A DNA stretch of 64,000 bases from an uncultured cyanobacterium (lineage in GTDB: Bacteria; Cyanobacteriota; Cyanobacteriia; PCC-6307; Cyanobiaceae): positions 64,001-128,000 of the forward strand of contig CAVONQ010000005.1 of the NCBI GenBank assembly GCA_963697335.1, written 5' to 3'. The notes under the pieces were generated by a model that saw nothing but the letters and a program-made list of their open reading frames with translations, did no database searches and was not told where the DNA came from. Below, in pieces: positions 1 to 10,001 of this stretch. Every line of letters begins with the position of its first letter. Position 1 is the stretch's first letter. The position numbers were made by a program, and so were the translations under genes.

Positions 1-1
1 C

Positions 2-517
2 ATCAACCGCCATCTGGAATCGGAGTTCCAGGCCAGCCACAGCTACCTCTCGATGTCGATCTGGCTGCGGGAAAAGGATCTGGCGGGATTCTCCAAGTAC
101 ATGCTCGAGAAGAGCAACGAGGAGCGTGCCCACGCGGCACGGATGATCGCCTACCTGGTGGACTGTGATGAGGAGGTGATCCTGCCCACGATCCAGGCAC
201 CCCAGCGCGACTGGCAATCGGTGCAGCAGCTGTTCGACCGGGTCTCGGAGATGGAGAGGGAGGTGACAGCCTCCATCAACCGGCTCTATGGCCTGGCGGA
301 GGAGAACAGCGAGCGCAGTGCCTCGTCCATGCTCGACTGGTTCGTGGAGGAGCAGATCAAAGAGGAAGCCGAGGCCCGTTTCGTGCGCAAGCGCCTGCGA
401 CTCGCCGGCGACAATTCAGCGGCTCTGCTGCTGCTGGATCAGCAGTTCCTGGAGGGCACTGCCCTGGCCCACGTCAAGGCCACCATGGTGGGCTACGGCG
501 CCGCTGGCGGCGCCTGA
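2..517 (+). CDS. ftn: Ferritin (5' end truncated by window edge)
   Basis: Frame open from base 2: INRHLESEFQASHSYLSMSIW...EERAHA...LDWFVEEQIKEE, ferroxidase-centre motifs of non-haem ferritin. Confidence 0.9.
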   Translation: MNRHLESEFQASHSYLSMSIWLREKDLAGFSKYMLEKSNEERAHAARMIAYLVDCDEEVILPTIQAPQRDWQSVQQLFDRVSEMEREVTASINRLYGLAEENSERSASSMLDWFVEEQIKEEAEARFVRKRLRLAGDNSAALLLLDQQFLEGTALAHVKATMVGYGAAGGA

Positions 518-576
518 CGCCCTGTGGCGATGGCACCTCCGCCCGGCAACAATGGCCAGGAGCAACGCCTGGGCCC

Positions 577-993
577 ATGAGTGAACTGCGCGCCATCATG
601 CAGCGCCTCGGACAGCGTCTGGACAACCGGGGAACTGCAGCCCCAACCGGCGCAGCAGATCGGCCCGTGGCCGATCTGTTTGTCAGCGAGCTGGAGCACT
701 GCAGCGAGGCGATGCTCCACTACGAATGGAACTGGCTGGAGCAGCACCGTCAGGATTTAGCCCTGTGCGGCTCCAACGAGGCCATGCTGAAGGCGGCAGG
801 CGGCCAGCAGCACCTCACCAGCCTGATCGCCCAGGCGGAGCACTACGACGGCCAGCTGCGGCAGGCCTTTGCCCAGCGCGGTCTGGTGCCCTGCCGCCAG
901 CCCCACAACGTGGCCCCCACTGAGCACGCCTGGGAGCTGAGCAACCCGGGCCTGAGGGCGCAGTGGGGCCTGCTCGATCGGCCAGCCCCCTAG
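577..993 (+). CDS. Hypothetical protein
   Basis: 138-aa ORF with host-like codon usage; no recognised motif. Confidence 0.6.
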   Translation: MSELRAIMQRLGQRLDNRGTAAPTGAADRPVADLFVSELEHCSEAMLHYEWNWLEQHRQDLALCGSNEAMLKAAGGQQHLTSLIAQAEHYDGQLRQAFAQRGLVPCRQPHNVAPTEHAWELSNPGLRAQWGLLDRPAP

Positions 994-2354
994 TTGGGCA
1001 TCGTGACGAACTCTTCCGCCACCGTGGGATGGAGGGCCATGGTGCGGTCGAAATCAGCCTTGGTGGCCCCCATGCCAATCGCCACGGCGGCCATCTGAAT
1101 GATCTCGGCTGCGTGCTCTCCCACCATGTGGCAGCCCAGCACGCGGTCAGTGGCTTTCTCCACGATCAGCTTCAGCAGCACCCTGGGCCCCCGCGCCGGC
1201 AGCGCCTGGCTCATGGCCCGGAAGCGGGCCCGATGCACCTGGATCGCCGCGGCGCCGTGGCGCTCACAGGCCTGCTCTTCCGTGAGGCCCACCCCGGAGA
1301 GTTCCGGCTGGGAAAACACAGCGCTGGCCACCAGATCATGGTTCACCTGGCGCGGCCGCTGCCCGTAGACCGTATCGGCAAAGGCCCGGCCCTCATCCAC
1401 CGCCACCGGGGTGAGGTTGATGCGGTCGGTCACATCGCCCACTGCGTAGATGTGACGCACGTTGGTGCGCTGGTCGGCGTCCACCGGGATTGCATCGCCC
1501 TCCACGGCGACACCGGCGGCCTCGAGGTTGAGGTTGTCCAGAAACGGCTTGCGGCCAGTGGCCAGCAACACCCCACCACAGGCAATCTCTTCCCCGGACT
1601 GGGTGGTGAGGGTGAGCGCGGCGGACGGGGAAGCCTGTGTGAGCGACTCCGGGGTGTGGGCGAAGCGCAGATCGATGCCCTGCTCCTGCATGGCCTCCCT
1701 CACGGTCTCGCTGGCCTCACGGTCAAAGCCCCGCAGCAGGTGGTCGCCCCGCACCAGCTGGGTCACTCGCACACCGAGGCCGTTCAGGATGCAGGCGAAT
1801 TCGCAGGCAATGAATCCGCCCCCCACCACGGCCACGGCCTCAGGCAGGCTCTCCTGCAGAAACATGTCATCACTCACCCAGGCCAGCTCGGCACCGGGGA
1901 AGGGGGGGCGATAGGGGCGCCCGCCGACGGCCACCAGGATGTGATCCGCCTGCAGCTGCCGCTCGGAACCATCGGCGGCCCGCACCGCCACGCTGTCTGC
2001 CGCCACAAAGCGACCCCAGCCCCGCAGCAGCGCCACGCCGGCCTTCTCCAGGAAGCTGATGTGCAAGCTGTTGAGCCGATCCACCTCGGCCCGCACTGCC
2101 GCCAGCAACCGCGCCGGGTCGCTGCGCCAGGGGGCCAGCTCCCAGCCGTAACTGCCGGCATCGGCGAGCAGGTGGCTGTAGGCCGAGCCGTACACCAGCA
2201 ACTTTTTGGGGACACAGCCACGGATCACGCAGGTGCCGCCCACACGGTCGCCCTCCACGATCGCCACCCTGGCGCCATAGCTGGCCGCCCGCTTGGCGGC
2301 AGCCAGCCCTCCGGAGCCGGCACCGAGCACGATCAGATCAAAGCGATCACCCAT
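990..2354 (-). CDS. gor: Glutathione-disulfide reductase
   Basis: GAGSGG FAD motif, GGTCVIRGCVPKK redox disulfide, C-terminal HPTVAEEF; start taken at MGDRFDLIV. Confidence 0.95.
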   Translation of the reverse strand: MGDRFDLIVLGAGSGGLAAAKRAASYGARVAIVEGDRVGGTCVIRGCVPKKLLVYGSAYSHLLADAGSYGWELAPWRSDPARLLAAVRAEVDRLNSLHISFLEKAGVALLRGWGRFVAADSVAVRAADGSERQLQADHILVAVGGRPYRPPFPGAELAWVSDDMFLQESLPEAVAVVGGGFIACEFACILNGLGVRVTQLVRGDHLLRGFDREASETVREAMQEQGIDLRFAHTPESLTQASPSAALTLTTQSGEEIACGGVLLATGRKPFLDNLNLEAAGVAVEGDAIPVDADQRTNVRHIYAVGDVTDRINLTPVAVDEGRAFADTVYGQRPRQVNHDLVASAVFSQPELSGVGLTEEQACERHGAAAIQVHRARFRAMSQALPARGPRVLLKLIVEKATDRVLGCHMVGEHAAEIIQMAAVAIGMGATKADFDRTMALHPTVAEEFVTMPN

Positions 2355-2442
2355 GGAGACAGACGTAGAGAACGGATGGGAAGAAACCCCAGCTTGCTTG
2401 GTCGGGGTTCGGCTCGGAGGGCTCCGCAGGGGGCCCAACAGC

Positions 2443-2467
2443 AAAAAACCCGCGGCAGAGCCGCGGG
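2443..2467 (-). terminator. Intrinsic terminator after amt
   Basis: Minus strand CCCGCGG-CTCTG-CCGCGGG followed by T6. Confidence 0.8.
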
Positions 2468-2510
2468 CTGGTGGGAGCCTGGGCCGAGGCTTCAGCCCCG
2501 GCTCGCAGCT

Positions 2511-3948
2511 TTACTTGGCGCTGGCAGCGAAGTCGGGGTAGGACTCCATGCCGTGCTCGCTGATGTCGAGACCCTCGATCTCCTCCTTCTCGGAGACGCG
2601 GATGCCTCCAAAGATGCCGCCAATGACGGACCAGGTGATCAAGGAAGCCACGATGGCAAAGATCGCGTAGGCGAGAACGCCCACGATCTGAAAGCCGAGC
2701 TGGGCAGGACCATGCCCAGTGAACAGGCCCTTGTCCACGTTGAACAGACCCACGGCCAGGGTGCCCCAGATGCCGCAGGTGCCGTGCACAGAGAAGGCAC
2801 CCACCGGGTCATCGATCTTGAGGCTGTCGATGAAGGACACCGAGAGCACCACGAGGGTGCCACCGATGAAGCCCACCACCCATGCGCCAGCCATCGAGAA
2901 GCCGTCGCAGCCGGCCGTCACAGCCACCAGCCCGGCCAGGATGCCGTTGATGGTCATGGTCAGGTCGGGCTTGCCGCCCCGGATCTGGGACACCAGGGTG
3001 CCGGAAATACCGCCGCCGGCGGCTCCCAGGGTGGTGGTGACGGCCACGAAGGGAACCGTTTGATCCATGGCCAGAACAGAGCCCGGGTTGAAGCCGTACC
3101 AGCCGATCCAGAGGATGAGGCAACCCAGGGTGGCAATGGCCATGTTGTGACCGGGGAGGGCCTGGGGCTTGCCTTCGGCGAACTTGCCAATCCTGGGGCC
3201 AAGCAGGAGGGCGCCGATCAGACCGGCCCAGGCACCGAAGGAGTGAACGATCGAGGAACCGGCGAAATCGATGAAGCCGAGCTCGGAGAGCCAGCCACCA
3301 TTCCACTGCCAGGAGCCGGAGATGGGATAGAGGATCCCGACCAGCACCAGGGAGAACACCACGAACTCACCGAACTTGATGCGCTCGGCCACCAGGCCGG
3401 AAACGATGGTGGCGGCCGTGGCGGCGAAGGCGACCTGGAAGAAGAAGTCGACTGTGGGAACAAGGGACCCTTCGGTCACCATCTCAGGTGTGACAGTGGG
3501 GTCGAAGAACAGGCCCTTGAAGAACAGCCAGCCACCCAGCACCGAATCTCCGTACATCACGGAGTAGCCGATGAACCAGTAGGCAGTGGCGGCCAGGGCG
3601 AAGACGATGAGGTTCTTCAACAGGATGTTGACCGCATTTTTTTGGCGGCACATCCCCGACTCCACCATGGCGAAGCCGGCATTCATGAAGATGACCAGAA
3701 TCGCGCAGATGAAAATGAAGAGGTTGTTGGCCAGGAAGGCGGCCGTGAGCTCCGGAAGCTCAGCAGCGTGGGCCGAGAGGTTGAACACCCCCAGGCCGAA
3801 CAGCGCCAGGGGAACGCAGGCCAACCAGATGAGGCCGCGCTGGGAAGAAAGACCTCGGATCCTGCTCATCAACAGGGCTGGGGCTTCCAACAGACTCGCC
3901 TCATTGCAGACGTTTCGTGCGCCTGGGAGGGTGCGAAGCAATGGTCAT
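2511..3948 (-). CDS. amt: Ammonium transporter (Amt family); apparent 1-nt insertion near 3903 splits off the first 15 codons
   Basis: FMNAGFAMVESG, DFAGSSIVH, WYGFNPGS and DDPVGAFSVHG motifs, both conserved His present. ATG at 3948 gives MTIASHPPRRTKRLQ then CAA-T-GAG, which rejoins EASLLEAP if one base is removed. Confidence 0.93.
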
Positions 3949-4039
3949 GGGCAGATCAGAAAGACGGCTGCTCGATGGAGATTGAATGCCGCAAGACATC
4001 CATTGCGACTGACAATGCGCTCTGACGCTGCAGGCCGAT

Positions 4040-4053
4040 GTTCTTTTCGCTAC
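4040..4053 (-). promoter_or_regulatory. Possible NtcA site upstream of amt
   Basis: Minus strand GTA-N8-AAC (consensus GTA-N8-TAC, one mismatch), followed 22 nt later by CATTGT as a weak -10. Confidence 0.4.
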
Positions 4054-4179
4054 CAAATGAGCCTGCAAGCCCTGGCCAGGCCCGCCCTGGCCCCGCAGAA
4101 GTGCAACGTTTCAGCACGAAACCGCAGATCTGTTCGCAGTGGACAGAAATCCGGGCTTTGATGGGGGCTCAGGACAAAA

Positions 4180-4292
4180 CGTTGGGCCTATGCACTCGCC
4201 TTGGACTCCCCTGAGCCCGTCAGGCCGTGCCTGCTGGAAGTAGCCCGATCCTCGCGTCGACCGCGGTCACGCCGAGAACGGACGAAGCAACG
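4180..4292 (+). ncRNA. Glutamine riboswitch, glnA RNA motif type, with extended stems
   Basis: CGTTGG (4180)...TGGAAGTA (4235-4242)...GAAGCAACG (4284-4292) match the conserved core; CGTTG/CAACG form P1; lies upstream of a DUF4278 gene. Confidence 0.75.
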
Positions 4293-4379
4293 CTCCTCCA
4301 CGTCAAGGGGGTCGTCAACGACGCCACGACGCACCGAGCCGCCCTACTTGGCTCTTCTCTTCCAACTGAGGACGCCACC

Positions 4380-4565
4380 ATGACCAATTCCCCACTGCGC
4401 TACCGCGGCGTGGCCTACGACGCCAGCCAGCACGAGCACCCCTCCAGCGAAGCCGTGGAGCACACCTACAGGGGCCTCCACTACGTAGCACCCCTGCGGC
4501 ATGAGCCGGCACCGGTGGATCCCTCCACCGATCTGCAATACCGGGGTGCCCACTACCACCACTGA
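4380..4565 (+). CDS. DUF4278-type small protein (61 aa)
   Basis: Three YRGxxY repeats (LRYRGVAY, TYRGLHY, LQYRGAHY); GAGG RBS before ATG. Confidence 0.8.
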   Translation: MTNSPLRYRGVAYDASQHEHPSSEAVEHTYRGLHYVAPLRHEPAPVDPSTDLQYRGAHYHH

Positions 4566-4708
4566 GCCTGGCGAGGGGTTGGCCGGCAGGGCCAGCCCCG
4601 ACGGGCCCGTCTTGATGGGGTTCAACGGCTACGCCTGCAGAAAGCCGTCATTGCTACAGAAGCGGGCGCTTTCAGCCTCTAGAAGAGGCTGGGTCAACCT
4701 GGTATCAC

Positions 4709-5053
4709 GTGAAACAGATTCAAGCCATTGTGCGCCCGGAAAAGCTGGACGCGGTCAAGGACGCCCTTGTGGCCATCGGCATCAACGGCATCACCGTGGC
4801 AGCGGTTCAGGGCTTCGGACGCCAGATGGGCCACACCGAGGTGTACCGCGGCGTGAAGGTGGAGGCCAAGCTGCTCACCAAGATGCACATCACCACGGTG
4901 GTCACTGATCAGGTGGTTGACAGTGTGGTGGAAGCCATCAAGACGGCAGCCCGCACTGGTGAGATCGGCGACGGCAAGATCATCATCACTCCGGTGGACA
5001 ACGCCATCCGGATTCGCACCGGCGAATCCGGGGACGACACTCTCCAACCCTGA
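4709..5053 (+). CDS. PII-family nitrogen regulatory protein, divergent paralog
   Basis: [26 protein letters not shown] and IRIRTGE PII signatures; T-loop atypical. Confidence 0.9.
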   Translation: MKQIQAIVRPEKLDAVKDALVAIGINGITVAAVQGFGRQMGHTEVYRGVKVEAKLLTKMHITTVVTDQVVDSVVEAIKTAARTGEIGDGKIIITPVDNAIRIRTGESGDDTLQP

Positions 5054-5072
5054 GACCCCGATCAGGACGGCC

Positions 5073-6335
5073 ATGCCGGCTTCGGTCCCCCAGAGCATGG
5101 GTCCACTGTCATGGCCGGAACTCGCCTCCTGGGCAGAACCCCAGGGGGATAGGGTCCAGGGCGGCACCAATTCCCAGGCCCAGCTCAGGCTGTTCGGTCA
5201 GCCCGAGACAGAGGTGCGGGTCACCCTGTACCGCGATCACCACGCCTGGTGTCCCTACTGCCAGAAGGTGTGGCTCTGGCTGGAGGAGAGGCGGATTCCC
5301 TATCGGATCCGCAAAGTCACGATGTTCTGCTACGGCGAAAAGGAGCGCTGGTATCGCCAGCTGGTTCCTTCCGGCATGCTGCCGGCCCTGGAGCTGGACG
5401 GCGAGCGGATCACTGAGAGCGATCGGATTCTTGAGGCCCTGGAGAGGGCCTTTGGCCCTTTGGTGGCAGGGATGGGCCATCCCCAGGTTCTGCCGCTAAG
5501 GCAGCTGGAGCGGAACCTGTTCCGTAGCTGGTGCCAGTGGCTGTGTCAGCCCCAGCCCAGCCCAGCCGCCGAGCAGGAGGCCCGCCTCCAGTTCCAGCGC
5601 ATGGCCGCCCGGCTGGAGCAGGCCCTGGAGGAAGGGCCCGGGCCGTTCCTGCTGGAAGAGCTGAGCACTGCCGACCTCGTGTTTGTGCCCTACGTGGAGC
5701 GGATGAACGCCTCCCTGGCCTACTACAAGGGGTTTCTGCTGCGCCAGGAACACCCGGCGATCGACCGCTGGTTCACCGGTCTGGAGCAGCGCTCCACCTA
5801 CCTCGGCACCCAGAGCGACTTCCACACCCACGCCCACGACCTGCCACCCCAGATGGGCGGCTGCTACGCCAACGGCAGCGCTGCGCAACAGGCCCTGGCC
5901 GCCCGCATCGACCGGGGCCCCTGGCCGCTGAGTGACGCCTCGGGCGCCGATCCGGAAACCTCCGCCCCAGAGCCAGGCGATGCCGCTGCCGTGGCTCTGG
6001 GCCGCATGCTGCGCCACCGCATCCCCCTGCAGCAGCGCCAGGCCCTGGCCGGACCGGCCATGGACCAGGCCCTGCGCTGCGCCCTCAGTCACCTGGTGCA
6101 CGGCACACCCTGCCCTCCACCAGCCGGCACGGCCGTTGGCCTGCGCGCCCTGCGCGATCGCATCAGCGTGCCGCGCGACATGCCCCTGCATGCGGCTCGA
6201 CACCTGCGGACCAGCCTGGAGACCACCGCCGCCCTCGATCCGCGGGATCCCTCAGCCCAGCCCGACTCCCTCCCCGTCCACCACCGACGCGACCAGGATC
6301 CCCAGCCCTTCCTCAGCTCCGCACCTAGCGTCTGA
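5073..6335 (+). CDS. Glutathione S-transferase family protein
   Basis: [21 protein letters not shown] thioredoxin-like N-domain and ITESDRI motif. Confidence 0.85.
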   Translation: MPASVPQSMGPLSWPELASWAEPQGDRVQGGTNSQAQLRLFGQPETEVRVTLYRDHHAWCPYCQKVWLWLEERRIPYRIRKVTMFCYGEKERWYRQLVPSGMLPALELDGERITESDRILEALERAFGPLVAGMGHPQVLPLRQLERNLFRSWCQWLCQPQPSPAAEQEARLQFQRMAARLEQALEEGPGPFLLEELSTADLVFVPYVERMNASLAYYKGFLLRQEHPAIDRWFTGLEQRSTYLGTQSDFHTHAHDLPPQMGGCYANGSAAQQALAARIDRGPWPLSDASGADPETSAPEPGDAAAVALGRMLRHRIPLQQRQALAGPAMDQALRCALSHLVHGTPCPPPAGTAVGLRALRDRISVPRDMPLHAARHLRTSLETTAALDPRDPSAQPDSLPVHHRRDQDPQPFLSSAPSV

Positions 6336-6357
6336 GGGCGCGCAGCCGTTCCCGCCC

Positions 6358-6987
6358 ATGGCCCCCCTCAGCCGCCACCACGGTCTTGAGCAGACCAGCC
6401 TTCAGCCAGGCAGCCTTCGGCAGCAGCCCTCACGGCCGGTCCAGCAGCAGCGCCTGGGCGCCGCAGCTGTGGGCCTGGCGTTGCTGGCGCTGCTGGCTCC
6501 GGTCCCGCTGCGGGCCCTGGAGTTGCGCGGCAGCACCTACTTCACGCGCCCGCCCTGGAAGGTGGATCTGGTCAGCTACTACACCACCGTGTCCCAGCCC
6601 GCAGCGGAGTACTACTTCAGTGTGGAGCTGGCTGCGGACGCCGGCGCCTCCCTTGGGGGCCTGACATTCCGCCAGACCCGGGGCGTCGACACCAATTTCC
6701 AATTCAGCCCCGAACGCACTCGCGCCTTTGTCGGCAGGCCGCGCCGGGAGGGTGCGTCGATTCCCGTGGAGGCCAGCTTTGACCCCGCGCAACGGCAGGT
6801 GCAGGTGCTCTTTCCCGAACCGGTGGCACCGGGGCAGACCATCACAGTGATGCTCAAGCCCTGGGCCAATCCGTCGGTCAGCGACACCTACATGTTTCAG
6901 GTTCAGGCGATCCCGGCTGGCCCCCGACCCACGCCGGCATCCCTGGGCTTCGGCACCCTGCGGATCTACCAACCGGACTGGCTCTGA
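6358..6987 (+). CDS. DUF2808-type secreted protein
   Basis: Signal-like segment, FTRPP...FPEPVAPGQTITVMLKP..NP pattern; start uncertain. Confidence 0.7.
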   Translation: MAPLSRHHGLEQTSLQPGSLRQQPSRPVQQQRLGAAAVGLALLALLAPVPLRALELRGSTYFTRPPWKVDLVSYYTTVSQPAAEYYFSVELAADAGASLGGLTFRQTRGVDTNFQFSPERTRAFVGRPRREGASIPVEASFDPAQRQVQVLFPEPVAPGQTITVMLKPWANPSVSDTYMFQVQAIPAGPRPTPASLGFGTLRIYQPDWL

Positions 6988-7004
6988 AGCTGAAGGGCCT
7001 GCAA

Positions 7005-7238
7005 TCAGGGGTTGCCGCCCGGGTAGCGCAAAGTGCGCCAGTCGCCGCTGGCCGTGCTCACCTCAACGCCGATCTCCACCGGTCCCTGACTCGCACCCAC
7101 CTGGTCCTGCCACCATCCCATCGCCTCGGCCCAGGCGGCGTCGAGCGAGTCATAGAGGTCGTCCAGCACCGGGTGGGGCGAGCCTTGCTGGTCGACGAGG
7201 CGGTAGTGACGCAAAGGCTGGGCATGAACTGAAGCCAT
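7005..7238 (-). CDS. Small hypothetical protein
   Basis: HYRLVDQQGSPHPVLDDLYDS...IGVEVSTASGDWRTLR, coding-like codon usage. Confidence 0.6.
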   Translation of the reverse strand: MASVHAQPLRHYRLVDQQGSPHPVLDDLYDSLDAAWAEAMGWWQDQVGASQGPVEIGVEVSTASGDWRTLRYPGGNP

Positions 7239-7348
7239 CTCCCACAACGCGAAAACCAATCCTGATCATGGCCCTTGTGACAGCCAGAAACTGTCACCTT
7301 CACAACATCTTCGGGTCAGGCCGGCGGCTGCAGCCTGGACAGCCACCC

Positions 7349-7810
7349 TCAGCTGAGGTAACGGCGGATGCTGGGACGGCACCAATAGACCAGGGCCGCC
7401 GTGTTGGCCGCCCAGAGCACCCCTGCCACCACGGCGGTCAGGCCACGACCTTCGCTGAACACGGCCAGTCGCACGATCCCATAGGGGAGGCCCACCGCCA
7501 GGCTCATGGCCAGGGCCACGATCACCACGATCTGGCCCCAGGCCCGCCATTTGAGCAGGGCGATCGCGCCCACCAGGCCCACCACGGCAGTGGGCAGCAC
7601 GGCGCTGGCCCCCACCACGATGTGGACGGTGCGCCAGGTGGGCTCGCGCAGGATCACCCAGAGCACCAGGGGCAGCACCAGCAGATTCGCCACCAGACCC
7701 AGCCAGCTGAGGGTGAGGTAGCCACGCGGGGGCTGAAGCATCGCAAGCCGGGCGGGGAGCACGGGAGGGTACCGGTCCCCCATGGTCGGATACGGCGGGC
7801 GTAGGGCCAT
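7349..7810 (-). CDS. Hypothetical membrane protein (about 4 TM)
   Basis: Four hydrophobic segments. Confidence 0.6.
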   Translation of the reverse strand: MALRPPYPTMGDRYPPVLPARLAMLQPPRGYLTLSWLGLVANLLVLPLVLWVILREPTWRTVHIVVGASAVLPTAVVGLVGAIALLKWRAWGQIVVIVALAMSLAVGLPYGIVRLAVFSEGRGLTAVVAGVLWAANTAALVYWCRPSIRRYLS

Positions 7811-7822
7811 CAGCGCTGCCCC

Positions 7823-8581
7823 TCAGCCCAGCTCAAAGAGCAGCAGATCGGCCCCGTTGGGGCCGGCACCGAAGGACCGCAGGCTCTCCGCCCCGAAGCC
7901 CAGGCCATCGCCGCGCTGCAGGGGCTGGCTCCGTTGATGCCCCCCGGAGGCGCCCGGCGACTCTGCCTCAGCCTGCACTTCGCCGGCGCCATCGATCAAC
8001 TGCAACCAGCCGAGCCCGCCGGGGGGCAGGGGCAGATCCAGCACGTCGCCAGACCCGGGACTGGCCCGCCACAGCCGGATCGGCCGCCGCACCGAGAGGG
8101 CACCGGCGGCACCGGCGGGATCCACCAGGGGGGTCCAGTCGGCACCGATCTCGAACGACTTCTGGCCGTAGACCGGCGGCAGACCGCCCTGGCTGGGTTC
8201 GATCCAGATCTGCAGCAGCCGGCAGGGGCGATCACCCTGGTTCATCTCGCTGTGCACCACGCCAGTGCCGGCACCCATCACCTGCACCTCTCCCGCCTCA
8301 ATCACCGCAGCATGGCCCATCGAATCGCGGTGGCTGAGCTGGCCCTCCACCATCACCGTGACGATCTCCATATCGCGGTGCGGGTGCATGCCGAAGCCCC
8401 GACCAGCGGCGATGGTGTCGTCATTGATCACGCGCAGAGGTCCGAAGCCCATCCAGGCCGGATCGTAGTGATCGGCAAACGAGAACGAGTGCCAGCTCTC
8501 CAGCCAGTCGAACCGGCTGTGGAACCGCTGCGCCGCCGGACGCAACAGCGGTTCGGGGGCCGCGGCAACGCTGCTGGTCAT
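7823..8581 (-). CDS. Pirin-family bicupin protein
   Basis: WLESWHSFSF, GFGMHPHRDMEIVT, HRDSMG, GVVHSE and LLQIWIEP motifs. Confidence 0.9.
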   Translation of the reverse strand: MTSSVAAAPEPLLRPAAQRFHSRFDWLESWHSFSFADHYDPAWMGFGPLRVINDDTIAAGRGFGMHPHRDMEIVTVMVEGQLSHRDSMGHAAVIEAGEVQVMGAGTGVVHSEMNQGDRPCRLLQIWIEPSQGGLPPVYGQKSFEIGADWTPLVDPAGAAGALSVRRPIRLWRASPGSGDVLDLPLPPGGLGWLQLIDGAGEVQAEAESPGASGGHQRSQPLQRGDGLGFGAESLRSFGAGPNGADLLLFELG

Positions 8582-9090
8582 GGGCGGGGTGCCTGCATGG
8601 AGCACAGCCGATCCACCAGATCGGCGATGCTGCTGTCCTTGGCGGGATTGGCCCCATTGCTCACCAGCTGGCGGCCCACCACATGGGCCCCCAGATGGGC
8701 CAGCTGCAACCGCAGCGCCGCCAGCACGGTGTGGCCGCCCCCACCCGAATGGGTGGCGATGGCAATCGGCCGCTGGTTGAACAGGGCCCGGAAGTCGCTG
8801 CCCTGCACGGAGAGCCAGGCAATGGCGCTGGTGAGAACCGGCGGAATCGAGCCGTTGTATTCCGGCGCGCAGATCACCCAGCGCGGCACCTCGGCCAGGC
8901 TGCTCTCCAGGGCGGGCAGGGCTGCAGGCATCCCCTCGGCCTGGGCCCTGGGGGAATACAGCGGCAGCTCCAGGGCGGTGAGATCGAGCACCTCGGCCCT
9001 GAGCTTGTGCGCCGTGGCTGCCGCCACAAAGCGCTCGGCCAGGCGCAGGTTCTCGCCGTTACTGGCGGCGAGCACAAGCAGATCGTTCAT
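8578..9090 (-). CDS. NADPH-dependent FMN reductase family protein
   Basis: PEYNGSIPPVL motif, flavodoxin-like pattern. Confidence 0.85.
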   Translation of the reverse strand: MNDLLVLAASNGENLRLAERFVAAATAHKLRAEVLDLTALELPLYSPRAQAEGMPAALPALESSLAEVPRWVICAPEYNGSIPPVLTSAIAWLSVQGSDFRALFNQRPIAIATHSGGGGHTVLAALRLQLAHLGAHVVGRQLVSNGANPAKDSSIADLVDRLCSMQAPRP

Positions 9091-9356
9091 GGTCGCGGCG
9101 TGTTGAGCGTGAACACGATCGGCTGGATTCGGAGTCTGGTCATGCCCCAGCTTGGCGCGCCCGCCCACCCATGTTGAGCTGAACCACTGCGAAGGCCTGA
9201 CAGGATCACCCCGATCCCTTGGCTTTCAGCCGGCCCTGGATAGCGTGATGAGGGTTGTCAATCCAGCCGGCGGTCCCGGTCCCCTTCCTCCAGGCCCATG
9301 CCTCCCTCCAGGCCGCACCAGCGGCCATTGATCGGCGCCCCCTCAGGATCGTTCTG

Positions 9357-9944
9357 ATGCACTCCCGGCTGATCACCGGGCTGGTGCTGGTTGGGCTTGC
9401 CGCCACACCCTCGAGCCGCGCCCTTCAGCAGCCGGAGCTGCCGGTGGCCGTGTGTGTGGTGGCGCCGCGCGTGGAGCCGGTCGAGATGGCCGACGCCCTC
9501 GGCGTTGTGCCGGTGTCCCGCCCCCGACTGGTGCTGATGGAACCCCTGCTGGAGCTGCGCATCGAACGGCCCCGAGCCGACACCTGGCGCCTGGTGGGCA
9601 GCCCCGAGCAGCCCATCCGCACCCCCCTGGACTGGCCCACCACGCCGATCCTGCCCGACGAGCCGGTGCTGTTGCAGCTGCGCCCCCAGGACGCCTCCGC
9701 TGAGGCCTTTGCCCATGTACACCTGGTGGGTGCCTCGGCCAGCCGCATGGCCCAGAGCCAGCGGCTGATCGACCAGCTCAGCGAGGGGGGGCAGGCGGCC
9801 GACTGGCTGGGAGCCATCGACAGCGCCCTGCGGGAGGGCGATGTCCCCCTCGCCTGGGCGCTGCTGTTCGCGCCCCAGCTCCCCGACGATGGCCCGCTCA
9901 GAGCCCTGCAGCAGGAGGTGATCCGCCGCGGCTGCGGCGACTGA
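9357..9944 (+). CDS. Hypothetical exported protein
   Basis: N-terminal hydrophobic signal, coding-like codon usage. Confidence 0.55.
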   Translation: MHSRLITGLVLVGLAATPSSRALQQPELPVAVCVVAPRVEPVEMADALGVVPVSRPRLVLMEPLLELRIERPRADTWRLVGSPEQPIRTPLDWPTTPILPDEPVLLQLRPQDASAEAFAHVHLVGASASRMAQSQRLIDQLSEGGQAADWLGAIDSALREGDVPLAWALLFAPQLPDDGPLRALQQEVIRRGCGD

Positions 9945-9965
9945 CACCGGTGGAGCCAGGAGTGC

Positions 9966-9979
9966 AGTACAAATGTACG
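9966..9979 (+). promoter_or_regulatory. Cyanobacterial LexA (SOS) box
   Basis: AGTACAAATGTACG fits RGTAC-NNN-DGTWCB, directly upstream of the umuD-like gene. Confidence 0.75.
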
Positions 9980-10001
9980 CAGCAGGTTGGGCCGGCACTG
10001 G

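Noticed and set aside
3901..3948. 15-aa upstream ORF or attenuator peptide before amt
   Set aside because: It matches the expected Amt N-terminus and rejoins the main frame when one base is removed; probably a sequencing error
963..4025. 1020-aa plus-strand ORF
   Set aside because: Antisense shadow of gor and amt in high-GC DNA; no protein motifs
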